A DNA stretch of 63,868 bases, filler included, from Perkinsus chesapeaki ATCC PRA-425 (taxonomy: Eukaryota > Protista > Perkinsozoa), in the NCBI GenBank assembly GCA_013115145.1. It is 6 parts of 6 records of this genome, joined end to end, with 100 filler letters (N's around TTAATTAATTAA, not from the genome) between each part and the next. Parts side by side here need not be neighbours in the genome. Positions count along the whole stretch, not along the records: positions 1 to 3,044 come from JAAPAO010001473.1; positions 3,145 to 4,728 come from JAAPAO010001881.1; positions 4,829 to 15,480 come from JAAPAO010000882.1; 3 more parts are not named here. One strand, written 5' to 3'. The translations under genes were made by a program, and so were the position numbers. This document shows, piece after piece, positions 1-11,189 of the stretch (its first letter is position 1; each line of letters opens with the position of its first letter). Below the pieces are notes generated by a model. The model was not told the DNA's origin and did no database searches. It was given only the letters and a program-made list of their open reading frames with translations.

Positions 1-258
1 GCCCTTCTGGTCAACCCACAATCATCAGAATTCGCCGATTTGAGTTCGAGCGATCCGGCTTCACTTGGTTACCCTCGGCGGGGCGCCGATCGCTGCCCCG
101 CGGGCACTCCTGAACTACCGAGTGTATTGATACCGTCAGCTTTATAGGAGTTCTATCATCGGGCCAACTTAGCGTAGCTGAATGTCACTTATCATAGCAT
201 CTTTTCTATGATATTCATGACTTTTTAGGGCCTCTTAGTAAGAATTATACCAGCTTTT

Positions 259-335
259 AAAAAAGGTAAGCTGGGATTCGAATCTGCGTCCCCCATTTTC
301 CGAGCGAGTTGGGATACCGCTAGCCTGACGCATCC
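259..335 (-). pseudogene. Degenerate tRNA-like (tRNA-Pro-like) Pol III element or SINE head followed by a T6 tract
   Basis: Minus strand reads GGATGCGTCAGGCTAGCGGTATCCCAACTCGCTCGGAAAATGGGGGACGCAGATTCGAATCCCAGCTTACC-TTTTTT. It has an A-box-like CTAGCGGTA, a B-box-like GATTCGAATCC and CTCGCT-CGG resembling a tRNA-Pro anticodon arm. Acceptor and anticodon stems pair poorly. Confidence 0.4.
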
Positions 336-730
336 TGAGCAACCCTCAGTGAGCGTTAATCCGCAATGTTGTTTAGTGAGCCTTAGTTCTGGTTAACTAA
401 TAATCCTGTAGGTATTTGCGGCTATAAAAGTGCTTAAACTTGGAGCCTCCAACAGGACACCGCAGTTGTACTAGAGAAATTCCTTATGGACATCCTTGAA
501 GCGATCCAGCAACATTTGCCGAGCCCTCGACAGGGCTTGTTTAACGCGATCCGTGTGTTGTTCACAATAACAGAAACTAATGGGTCTGGAGGAGAACTGC
601 CTGTTAGAAATTCTAACAGGCAGAAATTCTAACTTACAATTGTTAACAGCATTTGTACTTTTCGTACTTATTCTGTGCTCCAAGGCCGCTCAAACTTTAG
701 AACAGAACACGGCCATCATTCACGAAACTA

Positions 731-2410
731 TTAATGTTTCTTACGCTTGCCGGCTGACTTCTTACTATGGCTATTTGATGCCTTATGTTCAGTAATGGAA
801 GGCTTACCCTCGTCGACTAGAGTGCGGGTGTCTCTACGATCCCATAAAACATCTCGCCAGTTAGCCAGCACAGAACCTTTGTCGTAAATGTTTCTGAGCT
901 CATCAAGCTCTGACTCCTTATTTTCCTTCTTGAGATAATCGTGCAGAGTTCGCCACTTTGCCGACTCATTGGTGGTAACATTGGTCGCAGCCAGATACAA
1001 ATGCCATGAAGTGAAACCGACCAGCACAATGGACATTATTGTGCACAAAGTAATCATCGCAATCATTATATATTCGTGTGTTAGGAGCCACTGGAATATA
1101 ATCCGGTAACTTGCCGAGAACTGCTCTCCAGTGTTAGGGTTGATGAACCGAGCGTTCCATAAATTGCGTTCCTGTACGAGAGCCATCAAGCTGATAACGC
1201 CGACAACAGCACCATAAACGCATAGGAAGGTGTTGGACAGTAGGAAGGCGATGAACCAGTGAACATTATTAACACCGACGCAGTTGTTAATCCACACACA
1301 GTGATGATCAAATCGAGCCACACAACAGTTACATAGAGAACAGTGCTTGCTACGTGCAGGCCTGAAAACAACATCACTCACAACAGCTTTGCTGCAACCA
1401 AAGCACTACCGCTATTGACGGAATATCTTCAAAGACATGTTGAATCGGATAGAAACTAGGTCGCATGGTCGACTACCGAACTATCGACTATCGAAATACT
1501 GTTTTTCCTGTGCTAATCGTTGCATATATTGTCAAAGTCTCGTGAACGAATCGGTGAAGGAGGCCATCCTGTAAACCTCGACGAGGGTGTTCGATTAGTA
1601 TGCGCTACATTATAAGCCTCCTTCACAACTATTTGTTATGAGAGCCATTCTGATCCTCCCCCAGTAACATACAGTGTAGCAGTAATTACGATTCTCCAAC
1701 GAACGGTAGGAGAAGCGATCCTTCCTCGCTGCATAACAGCACCCCCCCTCCCAGCCTACTGCTACTTCGGTTGCTTGCAGGTAGAGCACTCCTTATCGTG
1801 GAATAATATATTATCCATTGGATAGATCTCCGAAATGGCCTTCACATTACTCTTGGTGATAACACCAGGATCGGCAAGAGAGGCTAAAAAATGGAGATCA
1901 CTTTAGTTTCGACGCGGGCGGCAAGTAGTACCTCCTGCGAAGGTGTAAATGCAGAGAACGAATACTAGGAACCCAACGTACTTGTGATAGGCTGCGAGAT
2001 AGGTATTAGGAATTAGCGGGTAACCTGAGCAATGTGTTTATGCAATAAGGAGCCGGCAGTGTTCGTCTTACCGAAAACAACGTAGAGGAGATAACCTCCT
2101 ACTACAAGACTTAGATAAATGATCTGAACCTGGTAATCGACAGGTGAGCTCATTCTGACCTTGTTTGTATCTTTTTTATTACTATTGGGTTAGCTTCGTT
2201 GCATGTATAGTTCCACGCTGAGTCTAAAGCAATACCGCCACGGTCCGAGCCACAGCAGAGAACGCGTAGCACAGACCTGTGGGAGAAGGGCTGCTCGTGA
2301 CGACTATGAGGAAGCCTTACTTGAGCGCATTGGGGATGTATTCTGTTGCAGTCCGATAAAGGCGATCGAAGATGTTGTTGCCTTCAGATTTGCCCAGTAG
2401 GAATACCTGA
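731..2410 (-). CDS. DHHC palmitoyltransferase (SWF1/ZDHHC4-like), multi-exon; start codon not resolved
   Basis: The last exon encodes [31 protein letters not shown] helices and a TTNE motif. Upstream exons read by eye: [39 protein letters not shown] (~1780-1890), [17 protein letters not shown] (~1940-2020), [10 protein letters not shown] (~2190-2275), [16 protein letters not shown] (~2320-2408). Confidence 0.9.
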
Positions 2411-2945
2411 AGGTGGAAAGATTTGACGGTGGTTGATTCGACGTCCATCAATCCAATATAACCTATCTTAATCGCGTTAAAATGGCTACTAAGCACAAGA
2501 GCCAGTTCTCAGAACATTTGTCTACCCGAATGCAGGACGAATCACCTTCGCTAAAAGGCAGGTTTTGAACGTTCGCGGCCGACGCCGGCCACGCAGCTTC
2601 GTTCCGCTCGCGGGGCTGCATTATGAGACGTTCAAAAGATCCAAGTCTCACTGTGAGAGTGGCCGTACAAGTTGTACATCCCAAAAAGGGCCGTTGTGAT
2701 GGGAGGTCTATGATGAAGACAATATTAGTCACTATACTATGGCTTATACTGTATTGTTACTTTAAAAAACGTACTGAAATCAAATTATTACTTTCACACT
2801 ACTCTATCTCATCTACATTTAAGCGCTCAAGGGATTAACAAAAGCCGCAGGGATGGCTTTCAAGAACTCTACACCTTTTCAACGCCTATTTCGACAATAG
2901 TAACTCCTATTTCGACAGGCGACCGAAATTTATGTTAAGATTCTC

Positions 2946-3044
2946 GTTTAGTAATTTCAAATTCACCAGGTAGGTGGTTTAGTAACTTCAATATACCCTG
3001 GGAGGTGGTTTAGTAACTTCAATATACCCTGGGAGGTGCTTTAG
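2946..3044. repeat. 31-bp tandem minisatellite, left part, runs into gap
   Basis: Unit GTAACTTCAATATACCCTGGGAGGTGGTTTA repeated head to tail, with a degenerate first copy. Confidence 0.9.
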
Positions 3045-3199
3045 NNNNNNNNNNNNNNNNNNNNNNNNNNNNNNNNNNNNNNNNNNNNTTAATTAATTAA
3101 NNNNNNNNNNNNNNNNNNNNNNNNNNNNNNNNNNNNNNNNNNNNTGGTGAATATGTATGGCTAGCAGACAGTGACGTTGGTAAAGCTACTCCTACAACG

Positions 3200-4728
3200 G
3201 TGTCACAGTCTCAGGATAGTGCTCTATCTATGTTGATGCGTTGGCCTCTAACATGTCGTGCGGTGTATTTTAAGCTGGATATTAGCGACGCCTTTGGTTC
3301 GGTTTATACTAGTGAGCCTTTACGTCGTCTCTTCTGTACACGGACGGTTGGTGTTGATGGTCGAACTAGACTATGGATGGCTACACGGATCCCTCAAGGC
3401 TGGCGATATTCCCCTATTTACTTCCATAAGGTTATGACTTGCTTCTTGGAGGAAGTCAGAGCGGTCCTTTCGGAACGCGGTGTGGTCGCTTATGTTGTGA
3501 ATTATCAGGATGATTTACTTGGTGGTTCTCCAACTGAGAAAGATGCTCAATTGGCCATGAAGATTATTATTGACTTGGCTCAATCTCGAGGATTGGAAAT
3601 CCGCAGAGACAAATGTGAGCAAGGTGACTCTGTTAACTTCTGCGGCCTACAGGTTCGAGGAAGTTGTGTTGTCGCAGCTGAGAAACGAAGCCTATCTGCG
3701 GCGGTCGTTAGTGAGGCCCTGTCCGAGTTCTGTAAAACTAAAGATATTGGTAAACGACGCACTATGATTCGACAATGGTGCGGAAAGTTTCAGTGGTTTC
3801 GAAGATGGTTGCCAGCTACTTTGCAAGTGTCATTGCATCGTCTCCATAAAGTTGATCCTTTGTCTGATGATGCTGTTGAACTTGCTACTGAAATTGCTAC
3901 GGCATACTCTAGTGGTCTAATTGCTCTGCATGTTATAGGATCGGACTCTGCCTTCCGTGTTGTTGCATCTCTCATTGTAACCGATTGTAACGGTAACAGT
4001 CGGGGATCGATGTTATTGCACGTGATTGAGTACCCGGTTTCCTGTGCTGCCTCTGTATCTGCAGTTGAGCTCAATGGTTGGTCAGATGCTTCTGCTTCCA
4101 TTTCACGCTCTGTAGTTGAACGCTTGGGTTTGGAGAATGCTGCCGACCGATCTTATGCGGTGTTACCAGCTTGCCTCGATGGTGGTCTACTGACGGAAGC
4201 TGATGTTAAACGCAGTAGTACCTATAAGGAGCGTAAGAGTCAGTTACTAGCTGCTTACAGATTCCTTCCTATGATGTATTCACCAGCTTTCATTGTTACT
4301 GATAATCGTAACTCTACTCATTGGTGGCATAACTATGAAGAGTTTATTCAGACTGAAGGTGACCTCCGTATGGCTCTATCTTTTGAAAGGAATGTCAGTG
4401 GTATTATGATAATACCACTGACCTGATCTGTGGCACCCAGATAATACTATTATCTGGGTGCCACGAGAAGAATTATCTATTGTGGACAAGTTGGCTCGAG
4501 TGGATATGTACCCTCAAAGTATTGTAAAGCTACAAGTTACCAAATCTCAAGAAGATCCTCTTCGGCGAGTCATTGATGTTACGCTTGAGGAGGGGGAAGA
4601 GGAGAAGGCCGACGTCGTTATGCAATTATCAGAAGATGATACTCCTGACGAATTCCTATATTCCGATTATCTGGATTTGGATGTGGTAAAAGAAGAGCAA
4701 AGACAATGCCCTGAGTGTGCTCAATTTC
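3200..4728 (+). mobile_element. LTR-retrotransposon (Ty3/gypsy-like) pol fragment: RT, RNase H, start of integrase linker; frameshifted and truncated by gaps
   Basis: RT motifs KLDISDAF, RIPQGWRYSP and VNYQDDLL. RNase H-like IVTDCN and IVTDN. After a +1 shift near 4410-4425 the frame continues IIWVPREELSIVDKLAR (equivalent to ADALSR) and VKEEQRQCPEC (typical pre-integrase EQxxDPE linker). Confidence 0.85.
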
Positions 4729-4828
4729 NNNNNNNNNNNNNNNNNNNNNNNNNNNNNNNNNNNNNNNNNNNNTTAATTAATTAANNNNNNNNNNNNNNNN
4801 NNNNNNNNNNNNNNNNNNNNNNNNNNNN

Positions 4829-4930
4829 GTAACTTCAATATACCCTGGGAGGTGGTTTAGTAACTTCAATATACCCTGGGAGGTGGTTTAGTAACTTCAA
4901 TTTACCCTGGGAGGTGGTTTAGTAACTTCA
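4829..4930. repeat. 31-bp tandem minisatellite, right part
   Basis: Three or more copies of the same unit as 2946-3044, same orientation. Confidence 0.9.
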
Positions 4931-5016
4931 GTTTCGACACAATCATCTATGAATCACAATTTAGCAACTTTGTTAAAATCAATTTCGAATATAGGAACTT
5001 CAATTCTGACACATAC

Positions 5017-6244
5017 TTCCTAAGTTAGGAAATTCCTAACGCAGCAAGAAACTTAGACACGGAATATCCAAGTTAGAACTACCCTTCCTGTTGAATTCGC
5101 GGGAATAATGGCAGGCGTCGCCAAACTTGCAGCTCCCAGTGGGAGCTGCCCACCACGCTTAAGGCCCTTAAGACTTAAGGCTTAAGTAAACGGCATTATG
5201 GCATAATGATTATGCCCTGGGCATATCTTATCTTGCGCTTGCTGCCATTACGACACAAAGAGGATGAAGACAGAGATGTGCTGTAGAGTCTTCAGTGTAG
5301 ACTGACTGACGGGGAGCCTAGGTGGGGCCTCTTGGGACGTCAGTGAGCACACCCGTGACCATAAACTTTATGGCGTAAAGAAGGATCCTCCTCTGTGTGA
5401 TTCTACTTCAGAAGTAAATCGGCAGTAGATGCGCCTTGTAACTTACAACTTGTAAGACGTAACCTTTCAACTCCTGACGATAAGCAACGCCATACCTGTA
5501 AGCGCATACGTAGCCGAATATAGCCGCGTACCTCATAATCCTACATACACCAGTAAATAGAGTCTCGACTTACTTGTCTCTATTATAGAGAGCATCAATA
5601 GAGAACTCATCTTCCCTTTCCACTTTGCTGACCATAGGTGATGTCGGCCGCGCAGAATAGGCGCCAAGGTTTGGGGCCCAAACCTTGGGCCTCTGCCAAA
5701 CCACTGAGTGGTTTATCAAATAGAAAACAGTTTGGCGCCTACAATAAACTTTATATCAGATATATTATAAAGTCGATTATCAGTATACAATAATTGTCAG
5801 TAAAATACTGATCCACTCATTAACGTTAGACTTGTCGATTTTGGTATTTCCTCGCACCGCAACGATGTGACCCTGCAGATTGACTTCGTAGCGAATGGCA
5901 GAAGACGGCGTTTGGAGAACCGTGATCCCTAGTTCTGAAAAATCCAGATAGCCAAGCGGCGATAGACAACGTTCGCAGAACGGCCGTTTGAGAACTCTCG
6001 TAAACACCAGTAAAATTGACTAAAATTACGAGTAAATCAAGTGGTGGACTTGGGGATACTATCCCCGGCATAGTGACTTGACCAAAGCGCGAAGTGAAGA
6101 ATCCTGCTGGCCATCTCTAGTAGAGATTCTCTTGAGTAGAGCTTGACTAAGTCAAGCTGGTAGAGATAAACGGCAGAGTGGGTAGAGATCCCACGGCAAG
6201 AAGTGGGCCGATTTAAGTAGTCTACTTAAATCGGCCCACTTCTT
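5017..6244. repeat. Field of short odd-length (1-nt spacer) palindromes, often chained
   Basis: 19 inverted repeats with arms of 6-23 bp and a single spacer base were counted by eye, e.g. 5129-5149, 5664-5688, 6140-6158, 6198-6244. Confidence 0.9.
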
Positions 6245-7424
6245 CGGTTGTTTGGAGTCAAAACGTTTGACTGCTAGTAAAGATGCTCCCGCGTTCACGG
6301 CGAACGCGGTACTTCTCTCAGCCACAGTGCTATTCCTAAAAGTGTTGGTAAAGTCCTCGCTGCCACCGCTGCTGCTAGTGCTAGTTTAACCAGGCCAACC
6401 TCTTTGAACTTGTTCATAACCGTTTCAGACGCCTTCAACCAGACCAACGGGGGGCGGAGTCTTTCCCGATGGTTGCGAGGAGGCTCTTGCCAAGAGCCTC
6501 TTGGCCATCTCACGCTTGAGCCTGGTCTTATCCGGCGATGTTACAGACTCTTTAGTGGGTCCGGGTCCCGGACTCCGGGAAGACCCGAGGGAAATTTCAT
6601 GGGGTTCTTAAGGTATTCAAGATCCCTAATAGTCCGGGACTCCCACTTCCAGGCTTTCGAAGTTTCCTGTCGAAGTTTTTGTACGCTCCGACTCGGAGCC
6701 TCCGAGTCGGTGAGCTGATTGCCGCGACTCCTGTTCGGTCGTTGTTTTGGCTGCGCAGCCAAAAAATCGCGCTCGCCCAATTGTCATGATATCAGATTTG
6801 AATTTCAATCGCTAGTATCACGCTATATCCCAAGTTTCGTGTTCTTATTCGTAAAATTCAGTAAGTTATATGGTTCGCACTGTATATCCCTCACGGTGAG
6901 GGCCTCACCCATTTAGGCGGGTGGAGGTAGATACGTGGATACAACTATAAAATGTGTAATGTAAGTTATGTGTGGCGAGCGCTTATTGATTGTGTGCAGC
7001 CCTTCATTTATTTGCCTCTACTCATTTATCACAATGAAAATACAACATCTTTAAGCTATGTTATAGCCTAGCGTAAACACTTCTATGATTATTAGAGTGA
7101 GGAGTTGATCATTTGTTACTGATAGGGTTCTAATACTAATTATAGTATAATTATTATACATCAGCTGTTTTACTCCCACTCGTATTATTAACATTTTATT
7201 TGTATAATATTGAATGTCTAATTCCAATAAGTCTCGAGTTAAGATGGTACCAGAGGAGGAAGAATCTAACACAATGTCGATCATGTGCACGCATGCGTCC
7301 GGTTCTTTTCATAAATGTCAATTGCTCTTTACCACTAACTACACAAACTACAACAAGATAGAAACATATAGGATCTTTGAGTGAATGGTTATCATTCAAT
7401 AACTGAACGTAGCCAAGCCGATGT

Positions 7425-10400
7425 TTACGCGTGCTGAGCATCGAACTTGGGATACCTGAAACCAACGAAAATACATGCAGTCAGCGGTCGGAAGGAATCT
7501 ACTTCTCAGCAGCCTGCTCCCAGGTCATGCGATCGCTGCAAAGCTTGTAAACAAGATCGGCAACATCAGCTATTGGCAAGCGGATCTGACTCATACTATC
7601 CCGCTCACGAAGAGTGACCTGATACAAGGGCGATTAAACAAACGGTGCTAGACAGAAAGTTACAGTGTCATCCTCGAGACTCTGGAAATCAATAGTGATA
7701 CCGAAGGGGATACCGATCTCATCAGTTCTGGCATATCTTTTACCAATCGCCTGGCCACTGTCATCGACCTGGCAAAAGATGGTCTCATTCCGAGCCACAG
7801 GTCCATGGGAATCACCTTGTAACTGATACCGTGCTCCTTGAGAGCATCGGTTATCTTGTGCATTGCAGGCTTGAACTGGGTGGGGTTACTTGAAATAGGC
7901 AACACACTCACCTAGAATAAATAATGATATCCGTAATAGCCGAGCGATACCCTACCTTGGTGGGAGCGACCACAGGAGGCAGAGCAAGGTAGCATCGAAG
8001 CTCTTGATCCTCCATTTCGCGGGAACGGAACCTGATCGAACACTCCTTCCAAAGTCCGATAGGTTAGAAGCTTACGTGTGCTCCAAGATGGTATAGATGA
8101 TACGGCCAACACCGAAGGCAGGTTCGATTACAGAGGGGATGAAAGGCTGGAATGATAGTAATAGGAAGCATACAATTTGTTAACCTACAACTTCCTGAAC
8201 TCTTTTAGTGACAGTCTTCACCTTAACCATATCTCTTGTGATATTATACCGAGCACCAGTGCAGATCTTAAGTTCATAAACACCATTCTGAAAGCGAAGG
8301 TACAACGGATGTGGCTGGAGGTTCTTCCTTACCTCCTCAATGGCAGCGTCCATCTCAAGCTTTTGCTTGTCGGTCATATCGTTGAGAGCTTCAATAACAG
8401 TACCTACAGGAGAACCGTAACACAAAGGCACTAGGAGTACTAAAGTGATGATGGGCAATAACGAAGAGCTACATAAGGCCGAGAAAAAGTTAAGTATCAT
8501 ATACTGACAGACTCTGAAAATAATAATTATTACAACAAGTGGACTATCGGTGAACGTCCGCAAACGAATTATTGAATAATATCCATTTAATAAGGGTAAT
8601 ATAATATGTTCAATTATAATAGGTAATATTAAGTAATACAATATATCTAATAATATCTATTAACATTATTAGATTTCCTAAGTGACAATGTGGTGAGCTT
8701 ACCGGCTTCCTTCTTGAATGCAGGGCCTAATTTGCCCTTGTTGATCTTGCACTCTACAAATTCAACATCCTTCGGCTGATCAAACTTGTAGTTGGCCTTC
8801 AAGTCAACCTGTGGACAAAACTATTGCGGTAAAACGATCATGTCTCCTCTCACCTTCGAGGCCTTCGAGTGTGCAGTGAGATCGTAAGCAGATCTATCGG
8901 CAATACCAACAATTTCCGTCCAGCCATACGAAAGCAACGCCTCCGCATCCCAGCAGTCACAAGCGTAATGAGCCATCTCAGACTTAAGATGCTGACGGAA
9001 TCTGAGCACCCGCGATGGTGGCCATCTTCGAAGAGCAGCAGGGCTCTTACCTGAGCATGTCGCCATTGACACCAGCCTTGACGAGGAAAAGGTAAGTACG
9101 TCCCATAAAGTAACCAAGTGTCTGATGATTACAGAATGGAGCGGTATGAAAAATGCTCTCCTCTTCTCACCTCGTTGTTAATCATACCGATATCAACCGC
9201 CTGTCTCAATGTGAGATCAGTACGGAGCTTGCCATCGGTCAACTGGTTATGTTGGGGGAACAAAGGTAACTAAGAGTAGTATTGATGGCTACAACAAGCG
9301 GCAGCAACAACGGACGTACCTTAAGATCGGCAACCTTGTGGAAGTCGGGGTGGTCTTTATGTTCAGGATGAACGAAATGCTCAATCTCAGCCATGGGGAA
9401 CTCACGGACACGCAGAAGGCCAGCTCGGGGGGCAATCTCATTACGGAATCCAAGACCGATTTGGGCGGCTGAGAAGTACTAATTAATAACGGAGAAGTAG
9501 TGACAGCTTACCAGCAAAAGGCATCTTGCCGCCATTTTGCTCGAGAAGTCGACGGAAGTTGACAAACATTCCCTGGGCGGTCTCAGGACGGAGGTAGCCG
9601 ACCTGGTGTAAGATAGACGCCGATACTAGCAGCTAGGCTGCCCTACCAGATTGCCCTGAGGACCGATAGTGGTCTTAAACATGAGGTTGAAGGGATAAGG
9701 GAAGGAAAGATTCATCTGTTGCTTGATACCTGCAAAGGAGGCAGAGGAGGTATTCGATCCACAGCAGCTGCCACCGCCTCTTACCAAGCTCCTGGAAGAT
9801 CTTGTCGACCTCCTCAGCACTTAGGCTGTCGGCGACTCTGATCCACTTTTGCAACTAACAACACAGTCCACACGTCGGCGAAGTCTACGGCCCACCTGTT
9901 CCCGATCGCCTTCGAAGCTTGGGTCCTGCAACAGGGCTTCACACTTCTCCTCCAGGAGCTTGTCGGCCCTATAGTACTCATCAGGGTTCTTCTCGTTCTT
10001 AACCATCAAATCGGTGAACTAAAAAAGCAGTCGACAAACTCTTCAAACGCACTTGTTACCTTTTCGACGTGACCGCTAGTCTTGAGGACAATTTCAGGGG
10101 TAAGACAAGTGCCTGAGCGAGATGGTCACAGCGAGACGGAGCAAATGAAAACGCTTACATTGAATCTCAAGCATGTTGTCATGATTGATGAAATGACGTC
10201 TCCAGAGAGCCTCAAGATTAGCCTTCAGAGCACAACCCGGTGGGCCGAAGTCGTAGAGACCTGCAATAAAGTAATGTAAGGGNNNNNNNNNNNNNNNNNN
10301 NNNNNNNNNNNNNNNNNNNNNNNNNNNNNNNNNNNNNNNNNNNNNNNNNNNNNNNNNNNNNNNNNNNNNNNNNNNNNNNGGGAATAAAGTAATGTAAGGG

Positions 10401-10968
10401 AATAAAGTAATGTAAGGTAATAAAGTAATGTAAGGTAATAAAGTAATGTAAGGTAATAAAGTAATGTAAGGGAATAAAGTAATGTAAGGGAATAAAGTAA
10501 TGTAAGGGAATAAAGTAATGTAAGGTAATAAAGTAATGTAAGGTAATAAAGTAATGTAAGGGAATGAACAAGTTGAATTCTGATAATCGTGATACAACTT
10601 ACCAGCAACACCACCATAAATTGAGAAGGAAGGAGTGTACAGGAATCGACGCTTGCAAAGATCCTCCAAACCTGATAATGAACAATACTATCTACTGAAC
10701 AACAACAACAAAAACCCACCAGCGCGGTTGATCTTGTTGGCAGGGTTCGATTCGGCCTCGACTTCAATGAGCTTCTCAACATCAGCACGTAAGCTGGTGA
10801 GGATGTCAATCTCGGGTTTAAGCTCATCCCTGCTGACACCTTCCTTCTTCATCTGGCGAACCTTCTCGCCCTGGGCCTTCATCTGAAGGAGATGTGGTAT
10901 GAAATATGCATGAATGAAGGCTCCACCACCACCTTTGCTTGCAATTGAGCTAAGTTAGCTTCACTCAT
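7425..10968 (-). CDS. GARS1: Glycyl-tRNA synthetase (eukaryotic alpha2 type) with N-terminal WHEP-like domain, multi-exon
   Basis: Exons read [12 protein letters not shown]|[40 protein letters not shown]|[53 protein letters not shown], then the anticodon-binding domain [11 protein letters not shown] and final exon YPKFDAQHA*. Confidence 0.96.
10263..10563. repeat. 18-bp intronic minisatellite in GlyRS, with internal N run
   Basis: Unit AATAAAGTAATGTAAGG(G/T), about 11 visible copies. It explains the LPYITL-type repetitive ORFs in the track. Confidence 0.95.
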
Positions 10969-11189
10969 TGTCTTTAACAGTCCAGAAACAGTAGTGTTGA
11001 AAAACCGACGGTAAAACCGAATAGGTTGAGTGGAAGTATCCAGTCAACTATAAAACAGTAAAAATCCATCCCCCAATCCAACACAACAAGACACTGCAGA
11101 AACCAAATCACATGCCATCAATCCAACACGGCCTCCTTACCCTTGAAATCTACCGCTCCTTCCTCAACTTTCCCACCAGTAACACTACT

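Noticed and set aside
3045-3144. TTAATTAATTAA inside N runs (also 4729-4828, 15481-15580, 46754-46853, 49236-49335) and ORFs ending XXXLIN
   Set aside because: Assembly gap linker with stops in all frames; not biological.
2946-4930. 31-bp repeats (and the 32-bp and 43-bp arrays) as CRISPR arrays
   Set aside because: Units are head to tail with no unique spacers, no cas genes are present and the context is eukaryotic.
5800-5860. Kinase-like INVRLVDFGIS peptide on the plus strand
   Set aside because: Only about 35 codons between stops, with no HRD, APE or other kinase motifs nearby. Could be chance.
7051-7290. AT-rich hydrophobic ORF as a possible mitochondrial insertion
   Set aside because: No cox1, cox3 or cob motifs. 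It fits the GlyRS 3' flank.
10094-10839. Long ORFs with LPYITL/LHYFI/LTLLYY repeats, and the IYIYTF ORFs at 55913-56359
   Set aside because: Translations of intronic satellites read through N runs.
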